DNA of 64,000 nt from Kiritimatiellia bacterium (lineage in GTDB: Bacteria; Verrucomicrobiota; Kiritimatiellia; RFP12; UBA1067), in the NCBI GenBank assembly GCA_027858965.1, contig JAQIBS010000146.1, positions 3,234 to 67,233 on the forward strand. Reading direction: 5' to 3'. The notes under the pieces are model-generated. The model was given only the letters and a program-made list of their open reading frames with translations. It ran no database searches and was not told the origin of the DNA. A program made the position numbers and the translations under genes. Shown piece by piece: positions 29,990 through 38,952 of the stretch (within the stretch, counting starts at the first letter, position 1; each line of letters opens with the position of its first letter).

Positions 29990-30868
29990 ATGAAAAATCC
30001 AATCTCAAAAACCGCATATATTTCGCTCGCTATACTAATCCTCTTCACATCATCTGGCACAGCTCTCGCCCAGCGCGACGGCTGGAAACAAGTCTGGGGT
30101 GATGAGTTCAATACAGATGGACACCCCGATAGCACCAAATGGATCTATGAGCATGGTTATATCCGCAATCAGGAGGCTCAGTATTACACAAACAAACGAC
30201 TCAAAAACACCCGCTGTGAAAACGGTAAACTGATTCTTGAGGCACACAAAGAAACCTTTAAGAATGAGTTTCATGTGTCGGGCCACTCCAGCTGGATAAA
30301 GTCCTGGGGTGATGCCAAGTACACCGCTGGATCTATCAAAACAAGGGGCAAATACTCTGTACAATATGGTCGTATTGAGATCAGCGCAAAACTCCCCCTC
30401 GGTCGCGGCATATGGCCCGCCTTCTGGATGATGGGCAATAAAGGCGGCTGGCCGAAGTGCGGTGAGATTGATGTCATGGAGTATGTCGGCTTCAAGCCGG
30501 ATGTCATCCACGCCAACGTACACTGGTATGATTACAGGAAGAATCATCACACATCAAAGGGCAATAAACTTCAGAAACAGAGTCCCGGCGATGGTTTCCA
30601 TATCTACGCTGTTGAGTGGGATGCCACCCAGATGAAATTCTTCTATGATGACAAAGTTTACCACACCTGGGATATGTCACTGGCTGAAACCAAAAAAGGC
30701 AACCCCTTCCGTCAGCCCCATTATATCCTTCTCAACTTAGCCATCGGCGGAGGCTGGGGCGGCAAAAAGGGAATTGACGACACCATCTTCCCCCAACGCT
30801 ACGAGATCGATTACGTGAGAGTGTATGTTTTAGGGGATAGGGAGTTGAAGGGAGCTGGAGGGAGCTGA
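29990..30868 (+). CDS. Glycoside hydrolase family 16 (laminarinase/beta-glucanase-like), secreted
   Basis: It has a signal peptide. The catalytic ExDxxE motif is present as 'GEIDVMEYVG', together with 'WPAFWMMG'. Confidence 0.85.
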   Translation: MKNPISKTAYISLAILILFTSSGTALAQRDGWKQVWGDEFNTDGHPDSTKWIYEHGYIRNQEAQYYTNKRLKNTRCENGKLILEAHKETFKNEFHVSGHSSWIKSWGDAKYTAGSIKTRGKYSVQYGRIEISAKLPLGRGIWPAFWMMGNKGGWPKCGEIDVMEYVGFKPDVIHANVHWYDYRKNHHTSKGNKLQKQSPGDGFHIYAVEWDATQMKFFYDDKVYHTWDMSLAETKKGNPFRQPHYILLNLAIGGGWGGKKGIDDTIFPQRYEIDYVRVYVLGDRELKGAGGS

Positions 30869-30978
30869 AGGGCGGGTGAATAAAAACATAGCACCCACCT
30901 CTGCGCTCTCCGCGCCTCCATGTCTGGGCGTAGCTCGCTAGAGCGAAGACTGATGCGAGAGATACAACAGCGCAGCAA

Positions 30979-33321
30979 CTACTTCGCCATTACATTCCAC
31001 TCACCCGGGCCAACATTGAACTTGATCCAACGCTCACATTCGCCAGCGAACATCGGTGATGCGGACTTGCCGTCTGCATACACCTCTTTGCCATTGATGG
31101 TGATGCTCTTAACACCCTTATTCGGAATACCTGCCACCGCCTTGGTTCCCTTAGGAACAGTCAAGCCCATGCTGAATTTCGCATCGCTCTGCGCAAGGTT
31201 AACTTTGATCTCTCCAAATTTTGTTGGAACCACGGATTTGATAGTTTTGATCTGCCCCATCTGCGGCAGCACAGCAAACTCTTTAAAGGCTGGTTCCGTT
31301 GGAGCCACACCAGCACCGTACTGCGAAAGAACGGTCAGCGGACCACCTGACCAGGCGTGGTTGTAGGTTCCCCCGCCATATCCATCTTTGCCCAATCCCC
31401 ATCCCTCCCACAAGGTGGTGAGCTCTGAAGGAATCTGACCTGCCCAGCGTTTGAGCATACGGGCAACCGCTTCCTCAGGCGCATCCATAAGGTAGAGCGA
31501 CTCCAGAACGTACTTCTCCATATAGGGGCTGGCCTCGTACTGCGAGAGTAGCTGTTTGCGGATAGCAGGATAGTAGCTTGTCTCCGCCAGGCCTGCCACA
31601 ACAGCCATAGCCTGGGCTCGATCATCCGTTACCCCCTTATGACTGGAGCTACGATACTTATCTCCCTGCCAGAATGTCTTATTATAAGCCGCTTTGATCT
31701 TATTCATCTTAGCCTGATAACCGGCTACATCAGCATTGCTGCCGGTAAGCTTAGCCATCTCGATGCATGCCTTGAGAGTCAGATAGACCCAGGCATTCTC
31801 AATTACCGGCACATCCTTGTTCTTGCCCCAGTCGGTCCAGTCCCAGTCGCCTTTACGGTGAATCACAAGCCCTTTGTCATCCAGCTTCCAGAGACTCATA
31901 TAATCGCGTACATGTGGATAGGCATCTACGATGGTCTGCTTATCGCCGGTGTACCAATAGTAAGTCCAGAATCCGTACCAACCGACACTTGCCAGCATCT
32001 GACGCGGAAGTTCCTTATACCATGAACCATCCCCCTTTACATTCGGTGATGATGGAAGTCCCGCAGGAACTGGTGCGTAAACAACCTTGTCATCACGCTG
32101 CCAACGAGATAGTTCATAAATTCCCTTTTTTGTCAGTAGCGGGCCCTTTTCAGCATCAAACACATAAAACGATTCACCCAGCTCATTAACCATGTCTCCC
32201 CACCACTGAGCGCGTTCACGGTCAGGGCAGTCCATATAGTTATCACGCATCGTAACATAGAGTGTACGTTTTGATTTTTGCCAAAGCGTATTTAAATCCT
32301 TGTTATCGCACTCAAAGGAACCCACAAAATCGGCATTGTATCCAGTCTCACGATATTTAAGATTCAGCACCTCAACTCCTGCGGGAATGGTATAACGCAT
32401 ATCATGTCCGTTAATCCAGCCAAACGATTCATACTCCTGTACACCGTCGCGAGTGGTATATTCAGCACGCATATTATAAGCCCCACCGCCGTTGTAGTTA
32501 TCGGTCTTCATGACAATGGTTTTGCCGGCAGGAGCCTTGACCTTGAGGTAGGGTGTTACATGGCAGTTATACGGCAGTTTGCAGATAACGGTTTTAGAAC
32601 CATCATCATTTGTTTTCCTTTCTTTAGAAACATAATCGATAAGGCCGGAGTTCTTCCACTGAAGCACAGGTCTCTTTTCAAGATTATTCCAAGGGGCACA
32701 AGGAGGTTTTCCTGCGATAACGGCCTGCGGCCAGCTGACATCGTTATAGAGCATTTCATTCCAGCGAGTCAATTGTTTGCGGGCATCAAAGGCGACATTA
32801 GCCTCGGGAAGTCTATAATTCGGATGCGGTTCGGCGGTTTCATGTAAATATGCCGAATTGTGCTTTGTTTTCCATGAACCGTCACTGATGATTGTCTGCT
32901 TGCCGGCATTCAGTTCAAAGACGAGACCGCATTGGCCACTGTTATTATGAGAGAAACCGTGCTTACCCCAATACCAGACAAGGATAGATATGTTGTTCTT
33001 GCGGTTCTGCAGATATGGAGCAAGGTCCACCTCATCGTAATAGGTGTTCTTCGGGGTAGGACCACGCTTGAGCTGTCCTTCAAAAACAACCATCTCGCCG
33101 TTAACCCAGAGCCAGTACTTGCTGTCGCAGGAAATATGGGCGATAGCTGACTTCGGTTTACTCTTCAGGCCGAAACTCTTACGGAAACAGTGCCAGCTGT
33201 TGGACGTGGTTGCATCCTGCGGAGTAATCCACTGTGCCTTCCATTTGCGGGTTGTCTGCGCCGAGATGCTGCAAACTGCTGTTAACACCAAAACAACCAA
33301 CAATAATTTACTTACCTTCAT
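30979..33321 (-). CDS. Alpha-L-rhamnosidase-related (GH78-like, six-hairpin) glycosidase, secreted
   Basis: It has a signal peptide. The N-terminal 'KWKAQWITP' and 'MDCPDRERAQWWGDM' resemble the GH78 DCPxRER..W.GD block. Confidence 0.6.
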   Translation of the reverse strand: MKVSKLLLVVLVLTAVCSISAQTTRKWKAQWITPQDATTSNSWHCFRKSFGLKSKPKSAIAHISCDSKYWLWVNGEMVVFEGQLKRGPTPKNTYYDEVDLAPYLQNRKNNISILVWYWGKHGFSHNNSGQCGLVFELNAGKQTIISDGSWKTKHNSAYLHETAEPHPNYRLPEANVAFDARKQLTRWNEMLYNDVSWPQAVIAGKPPCAPWNNLEKRPVLQWKNSGLIDYVSKERKTNDDGSKTVICKLPYNCHVTPYLKVKAPAGKTIVMKTDNYNGGGAYNMRAEYTTRDGVQEYESFGWINGHDMRYTIPAGVEVLNLKYRETGYNADFVGSFECDNKDLNTLWQKSKRTLYVTMRDNYMDCPDRERAQWWGDMVNELGESFYVFDAEKGPLLTKKGIYELSRWQRDDKVVYAPVPAGLPSSPNVKGDGSWYKELPRQMLASVGWYGFWTYYWYTGDKQTIVDAYPHVRDYMSLWKLDDKGLVIHRKGDWDWTDWGKNKDVPVIENAWVYLTLKACIEMAKLTGSNADVAGYQAKMNKIKAAYNKTFWQGDKYRSSSHKGVTDDRAQAMAVVAGLAETSYYPAIRKQLLSQYEASPYMEKYVLESLYLMDAPEEAVARMLKRWAGQIPSELTTLWEGWGLGKDGYGGGTYNHAWSGGPLTVLSQYGAGVAPTEPAFKEFAVLPQMGQIKTIKSVVPTKFGEIKVNLAQSDAKFSMGLTVPKGTKAVAGIPNKGVKSITINGKEVYADGKSASPMFAGECERWIKFNVGPGEWNVMAK

Positions 33322-33406
33322 AATTTAACTTCCTTTTTAAGAGCGACACTAATATAGCCATATAGGATAAACGTATTCGCGGTTTCCATCAAATGAATAT
33401 TATAGA

Positions 33407-35296
33407 TTATTTTTTCTTCCACTGTTTCTTAGGTTTACGTGAATCACCATCCCCGCCCTTAAGATAATCAGCGCGATGCTTGACCAATCCACCCAGCTTC
33501 GACCATTCGGATGCATCAACCGCTTCGGGATCAACCTTTGCCCCGAAACCGTCACGCAGAAGAACCACGCTGTTCAGAATCAGGTTTGCCTCAATAGGGT
33601 CGGTGGTATGATCCAGGACATCCATCAGAATAGGCACCGGATCAACTTCGCCGGTCAACCCCAGAAATTCGGCAGCCCGGCAGCGCACCAATCCACTGGG
33701 ATCAGAGGCAGCCATCTTTTCAGCCTTTGCAAAAAATGCTGCTGCCTGCCTGCCGAAGGTGGCACAGGTTATCAACCCCCAGTAACGCTCCACAGAAACC
33801 TCGGAGTTAAGCGCCCGTTCCACTCTCTCACGTGCTTCCGGGAATGGAACCATCTGAAGATCGGCAATATCAACCAGCTTACCAATCTGCTCTTTGTTCT
33901 TCTGACCAAATGCCTTGCCCTTGGCCCCGCTCTCAGCCAGGAAAATCGGTTCGGGGAAAAACCCCACGTCCGGCAGTGATTTAACCTTAGTCTGTAAAGC
34001 TTTGCGCATCATCACCAAGACTCCGGCATACTTCGGATCTTTGGCCAGATTATTTATTTCATGGGGGTCTTTTTCAAGATCAAATAGAGACTCAGGAGCA
34101 CGTGCCTCATAAAAGGCTCCCTGCTCGGAGTTGAGCTCACCCGCTTTATGCAGATCACGCCACTCAACAAATGCCGGCTGTTTATAACGGTAGAAATTAT
34201 AGAGACCATCAAAGTTGAAAGGTTGGTAACTGCGCCAATAAGTGAATTGACCCTTACGGAGAAAACGGACCATGTCATATTTCTCATCAAAACGTTCAGC
34301 ATATCCAAAGGCTGTATCACGACTGTTCAGTTCATCCAAAGTCACGCCTTTACCAAGAAACGGTTTGCCATCTATCTCATCCGGCACATTGACACCTGCC
34401 AGATTCAAAACTGTTGCAGAAAGATCAACAAACTCAACAAAACCATCAATGCGCTTACCACGCTCTGCCGGAACAAGATGCTTCCAGTTCTTCGGCACAT
34501 AAACCACCAGGGCCACCTGCAACCCATCGTTATGCGCATAGCCTTTACCTCCGGGTAACACGCCACCGTGATCACCGTAATGAAAAATGAAGGTGTCATC
34601 CATCAACCCATCCTCCTCCAGCTGAGCTATGACCTTACCCATCTCAGAGTCAGCATAAGTCATCAGAGTCAGATACTGCGCATACTTACTCCTGAAAAGA
34701 GGGGTATCAGGATGATAGGGGAAGAGTTCAACCTTGTCGGGATCAGCCGACATCTCAACGCCGGCAGGCAAACCGCCAAAGAGCTTACTCTCGTGGGTTT
34801 GAGTATAATTCTGCACATGAAAAAATGGCTGACCGGGCTTGCGATTACGGAAAGTAGCTTTATTGGAAGATTCATCCCAGACTCCCTCTTTATCTGAAGG
34901 AAGAAAGTTATAATCCTCCTTCTTGTTATTGCTTGTGTAATAACCAGCCTGACGCAGATACCAGGGAAACATCTTCAATTCATCCGGCATACTCACAGGA
35001 ACCTGCCGACGGTGCCAATGGGCACCCAGACGCGAGACATAACAACCGGATATTATGGTACTTCGGGCCACAGAACAGACCGGACCGCAGGAGTAGGCGT
35101 TATTAAAAACAAGCCCGTCTTTTGCAAGCCGCTCGATATTAGGCATAGGCGCACCCTTTGGATTATAGAGACGATACCAGTTGGCCGAGTTATCCTCGGT
35201 TGTCAACCAGACAATGTTAGGCCTATCCTGTTTCCCATAAACCGACACCGCCAGCAAACAACCAGCAAAAGCCAAAACCATGTTAGAAATTTTCAT
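33407..35296 (-). CDS. Sulfatase (S1 family) with a C-terminal HEAT-like repeat region; atypical FGly motif
   Basis: 'PNIVWLTTEDNS' is the metal-site region. The signature reads 'PVCSVARSTIISG', i.e. C-S-V-A-R instead of C-x-P-x-R. The start was set at ATG 35296 because a GGAG RBS precedes it. Confidence 0.75.
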   Translation of the reverse strand: MKISNMVLAFAGCLLAVSVYGKQDRPNIVWLTTEDNSANWYRLYNPKGAPMPNIERLAKDGLVFNNAYSCGPVCSVARSTIISGCYVSRLGAHWHRRQVPVSMPDELKMFPWYLRQAGYYTSNNKKEDYNFLPSDKEGVWDESSNKATFRNRKPGQPFFHVQNYTQTHESKLFGGLPAGVEMSADPDKVELFPYHPDTPLFRSKYAQYLTLMTYADSEMGKVIAQLEEDGLMDDTFIFHYGDHGGVLPGGKGYAHNDGLQVALVVYVPKNWKHLVPAERGKRIDGFVEFVDLSATVLNLAGVNVPDEIDGKPFLGKGVTLDELNSRDTAFGYAERFDEKYDMVRFLRKGQFTYWRSYQPFNFDGLYNFYRYKQPAFVEWRDLHKAGELNSEQGAFYEARAPESLFDLEKDPHEINNLAKDPKYAGVLVMMRKALQTKVKSLPDVGFFPEPIFLAESGAKGKAFGQKNKEQIGKLVDIADLQMVPFPEARERVERALNSEVSVERYWGLITCATFGRQAAAFFAKAEKMAASDPSGLVRCRAAEFLGLTGEVDPVPILMDVLDHTTDPIEANLILNSVVLLRDGFGAKVDPEAVDASEWSKLGGLVKHRADYLKGGDGDSRKPKKQWKKK

Positions 35297-35580
35297 CACT
35301 CAACTCCTATACTTAAATGTGATATTTATAACATTGTAGTTCGAATCACCCACCCCTGCAACCATTTCCGATAGATCAGGATAGTTTACCACAGAAAACG
35401 TAGCGAGGGAGTCCCGCAAATTCGAACGTCCAGCATTAAACATCCTCCTACGCCAAGGCTTACGACGAGACAAGTCGAACGTCCAATCCCGCCTTACAAG
35501 AAGAGGTAGCGCTCCGCGCGGTCAGGCAATTTTTAAACGTAAGAAACGTACACAAAAACAAGAAAATGAATGAAAGCTTA

Positions 35581-35705
35581 TTTTCTATGCAACGCGAAGC
35601 GTTGTTGTCTAAAGCTGCGGTGTTTAATACACAACGGAACATTGAGATAAAATGGTATAGTACATCACACTAGCTTAGTTTGGTAGCGGCGGAAAGCAGC
35701 TTTAG
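35581..35705. repeat. Intergenic structured element, family 1, copy 2
   Basis: The core is ttttctatgCAACGCGAAGCGTTGttgtCTAAAGCTGCggtgtttaatacacaac, and the distal end is GCAGCTTTAG (35696-35705), which overlaps the stop codon of the 35702 gene. Confidence 0.8.
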
Positions 35706-36661
35706 TTCAGCACTACAGACATACCATCATAGGCAGGGATCAGTCCTTCGGGCAATAGAGTCTTCTCCAATTGGTCATGCGGAGGATGTAAGGTCCGTGC
35801 CATATGAGTGAGAATGATTTTTGTTTCAGGGTTTATAATCTTCCGCTTCCTGAGTGTTTCATTCATGTGGCGAATCATTGTGAGGTCGTTATGTTCAAAG
35901 ATTCGAGAGTCACCGGCACTCTCACCTATCGTAGCATCCCAGATGAGTGCATCGACTCTCTTTTTCTGAAGATATAGCCATGTTCTTTTCAACAGCCAGG
36001 AACCATCGGTAGCATACAGAAAGTTTTTTGTAGCGCCCTCAAGAAAATAGTAAAGGCATTTTTCTTCCGTCGTTCCAACGAGATGATTTGCCTCAAGCCC
36101 TGTAATGCCGAATCCATGCATCTGGAAGGTTTTGCCGATCTCGACAAGACACTTTTCAATACGATTCGAATTAGGTACACGCTTCAGTGCTTCCGGACCT
36201 GCCCAGAATTTCAAAGGCCCGAGGGTTGCATCTCGTGCGTCAGCTATGGCAACTATTGAATCTGGATGAAAGTGGTCTGAGTGAGTATGGGTAAGAAGTA
36301 TATCAGTAATTCCTGCAGAATTCACATTATAGCGATTCATGACATCGAGCACAGTCGGGCCACAATCTATTAGTATATGTCCATTGACCAGCATTGATGA
36401 CATGCCACGCACCTGCCCTCTTACAAGCTTCTTACTTATAGGTGGATACTTGCCAGGCCAATCTGCCGCGCCCGTGCCGAGAAAAAGAAGTTTCACCTTC
36501 TTTGCATACGGTTTTTCAGACGCATTGATCTGTCTATCGGATTTGCTTTCTGCTGCATAAGTCGATCCAGGAATCAACCCCGCTGTTAATGCGGCAGTTC
36601 CACTAGTGGTCATTTTCAAAAAGTTTCTTCGACCTAATTTTTCTTCATTATCTTTAGCCAT
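35702..36661 (-). CDS. MBL-fold metallo-hydrolase with a twin-arginine (Tat) signal
   Basis: 'GRRNFLKMTTSGTAALTAG' is a Tat motif and 'LLTHTHSDH' is the HxHxDH motif. The start was chosen at ATG 36661 (GAGGAAG RBS). The track ORF begins at an upstream GTG. Confidence 0.7.
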   Translation of the reverse strand: MAKDNEEKLGRRNFLKMTTSGTAALTAGLIPGSTYAAESKSDRQINASEKPYAKKVKLLFLGTGAADWPGKYPPISKKLVRGQVRGMSSMLVNGHILIDCGPTVLDVMNRYNVNSAGITDILLTHTHSDHFHPDSIVAIADARDATLGPLKFWAGPEALKRVPNSNRIEKCLVEIGKTFQMHGFGITGLEANHLVGTTEEKCLYYFLEGATKNFLYATDGSWLLKRTWLYLQKKRVDALIWDATIGESAGDSRIFEHNDLTMIRHMNETLRKRKIINPETKIILTHMARTLHPPHDQLEKTLLPEGLIPAYDGMSVVLN

Positions 36662-36930
36662 TCTGCAACTTCCTCTTGAAAAAACATATCTCTTCATGAA
36701 TCTAATTTTAAAGCTCACAGTGACGATTCATTCATCAATTTATCTCCTTGTCGAGCGTTGCTTTCAGGTGCGGCGGTTAGCCGTCAGCTGCAACAGCTTT
36801 GTTCGGATTCTATCTGTCTTTCCAGTAATCAGGATCTCTGCTTTGATGCATGATAGCTACAACAATGAATTGAACTATGCATTTCCGGTGCTTCGGAAAC
36901 AAGTTTTTCTGCTACCATACTCAAGTATGA

Positions 36931-36959
36931 ATATTACCATTCTGTTCATCGTGGGTCAA
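36931..36959 (-). promoter_or_regulatory. Sigma-70-type promoter: TTGACC, 17-nt spacer, TAATAT (minus strand)
   Basis: The reverse complement of 36954-36959 is TTGACC, the spacer is 17 nt, and the reverse complement of 36931-36936 is TAATAT. This implies a ~260-nt leader before the MBL gene. Confidence 0.45.
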
Positions 36960-37144
36960 TCGCTTTGATTCGAACAATAATATCAGCCATTCATGTTTAT
37001 AATCAGGTATCACTATCATTAGGTTGCTGCAACCCTAAAGGGTCGCCTTACTTCACTGCGTTCCGTTTTCCTGGATTAACATGATGTGGATGCTTGTGAA
37101 AACAAGCGACACACAAACGTACAAAAAAAACAATAAGACACCAT

Positions 37145-37501
37145 CTACCTCTCTGTAACCCAGGGTGACCACTCCGGCGGTCGCAAAGAACGCATCATGT
37201 TTGGAAAGCTGGCGCAGGAAGGGAAATGATGAATGATAAGAGCTGAAACAGAGGCGACCGCAAACCCGTCTGTGACAATCTGTTTAAAATAACGTATCCG
37301 TGCCTCCTTGGCCACGATAGATCCAGTCAGGTTGAGAGAGGTAACGATCTCCTCGGCCAAACGATAACCGGCCATCACGGCCCCAGCATATATTGAACCG
37401 GCAAAGAGCGTCCCTTTGTCATTACTGTTGTATTCCAGGGGGATATGCACGCCTCCGTTCTCTTCCAAGAGGTGTAAATTTTCAGCTGCGGGAATTATCA
37501 T
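37145..37501 (-). CDS. Small hotdog/YiiD C-terminal-like thioesterase domain protein (possibly truncated)
   Basis: 'NDKGTLFAGSIYAGAVMAGYRL...SIVAKEARIRYFKQIVTDGF' resembles the YiiD_C thioesterase core. The last ~30 aa look unrelated. Confidence 0.4.
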   Translation of the reverse strand: MIIPAAENLHLLEENGGVHIPLEYNSNDKGTLFAGSIYAGAVMAGYRLAEEIVTSLNLTGSIVAKEARIRYFKQIVTDGFAVASVSALIIHHFPSCASFPNMMRSLRPPEWSPWVTER

Positions 37502-37545
37502 TCAGATTCCTTTCTCTAAACTCAAGAATTCATTATCCACAAGAC

Positions 37546-37990
37546 AATGGCGGGTGGCAAGTGGCAAATGGCGAGTGCCGCAAATACATCCCCGCGAAGC
37601 TCGCCTCCCATAATCTCCAAGGCAGGGTGTGCAGGGTCAAGCGGACTTTGATTTTTGAGGCGCAGCCATCCCCGCGAAGCGGGGCAAAAGCTCGTCCGCG
37701 CACCCTGTACATCATGCCACCGTCCTCCCCGCGAAGCTCCCCTCCCATAATCTCCAAGGCAGGATGTGCAGGGTCAAGCGGACTTTGAAACACAGTGGCA
37801 AGTGGCGAATGGCAAGTGGCAAATGGCGAGTGCGGCTAATACATCCCCGCGAAGCTCCCCTCCCATAATCTCCAAGGCAGGATGTGCAGGGTCAAGCGGA
37901 CTTTGATTTTTGAGGCGTAGCCGTCCCCGCAAAGCGGGGCAAAAAACTCGTCCGCGCAGCCTGTATACCCTGCCGCCGCCCTCTCGTCCG
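37546..37990. repeat. Composite direct-repeat block with the pattern X-R-Y-R-X-R-Y (63-nt core R x3; degenerate heptamer arrays; CCCCGCGAAGCGGGG hairpins)
   Basis: The core tccccgcgaagctc.cctcccataatctccaaggcagg.tgtgcagggtcaagcggactttga occurs at 37588-37651, 37726-37788 and 37843-37906. RRTGGCR heptamer runs lie at 37546-37580 and 37794-37835. Hairpins lie at 37670-37684 and 37925-37939. Confidence 0.85.
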
Positions 37991-38025
37991 TGCTACCCTA
38001 CCCTCCTGCCGCCGCCCCCTCTTCC

Positions 38026-38883
38026 TTACAGCGAAAACGGCAACCGCCCCGGGCCATTGCGGTCAAGCTGAGGCAGGAGAGATTTCAGCTGAGCAACCAG
38101 CGATTCGCGGTCCTTAGGAAAACGTCCTTCCAGTGGCACCGGATTTGAACTGTGATTGGCACGGAAGACGGTCTTCTCCAGTTCAAGTCTCTGCAGAATG
38201 CGGATCAATTCACTGACAGCCTCGAACTCAGAGACCGTCTCGTAACCGGGATACATATTTAAACCAGACACTTCGACAAAGCGCAGGGCCGAAAGCAGAC
38301 GCGGCTGCATCTGATTGAGCAGAGCTGCCGTGGCATCGGCATGTTGAAGTGAACCTTTATGCCCCCCGATACCAAGCAGTACCATCACCGAGCACTTGAA
38401 TCCAACCGCTTGTGCACGCCGGACTGCCTCGCACATTCCCACAGCAGTCTCGCGCTTATCTACTTTAAGCAGCAACTCTTCATCGCCACTCTCCAGCCCA
38501 ACATAAAGGGTATTGAGTTTAAGCCGGCGCAGCTCAACGAGCTCATCATCCGTCTTGGCCGCGATTGAGCTGCCGTTGGCATAAACATTCACCCGTGCCA
38601 GACGAGGAAAGAGTCGATTGAGCTCCTCCAGCATAATGCGCAGTTTTTCAAACGAGAGCACCATCACATCACCATCGGCCAGAAAAATGCGGCGCGTTTG
38701 CGGATATTGGCAAGCAGCCCGGGTAAATTCAGCCAGAACGGCCTCCTGGGAACGAACCCGATATGGCACGCCCTTATACATGCCGCAGAATCGACATGTG
38801 TTGTGCGGACAACCATAGGCCACCTGAAAGATCAAGCTGTAAGCCTCGGCTGGAGGTCGAAATAAACGTTCTGTATATTGCAT
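38026..38883 (-). CDS. Radical SAM superfamily protein with atypical C-X4-C-X2-C cluster spacing
   Basis: 'VAYGCPHNTCRFCGMY' lies near the N-terminus. 'IFLADGD' and 'LYVGLESGDEELL' fit the radical SAM half-barrel. Confidence 0.65.
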   Translation of the reverse strand: MQYTERLFRPPAEAYSLIFQVAYGCPHNTCRFCGMYKGVPYRVRSQEAVLAEFTRAACQYPQTRRIFLADGDVMVLSFEKLRIMLEELNRLFPRLARVNVYANGSSIAAKTDDELVELRRLKLNTLYVGLESGDEELLLKVDKRETAVGMCEAVRRAQAVGFKCSVMVLLGIGGHKGSLQHADATAALLNQMQPRLLSALRFVEVSGLNMYPGYETVSEFEAVSELIRILQRLELEKTVFRANHSSNPVPLEGRFPKDRESLVAQLKSLLPQLDRNGPGRLPFSL

Positions 38884-38952
38884 ATTAGGGGTTAGGGGTT
38901 AGAGAAAAAAATAAATTGAAATACAGATTACAGGCAATTTGTCACACCACAA

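Noticed and set aside
35330-35375. A tRNA-like T-arm ('ggtgattcgaac') upstream of the sulfatase gene.
   Set aside because: There is no GTTCGAATC consensus. No acceptor, D or anticodon arms can be drawn. No cloverleaf-length complementary ends exist.
37546-37990. A possible CRISPR array, because regularly spaced direct repeats are present.
   Set aside because: The repeat core is 63 nt, far longer than CRISPR repeats. There are only three copies. The 'spacers' are themselves repeated (X and Y segments occur twice each). No cas genes are in the window.
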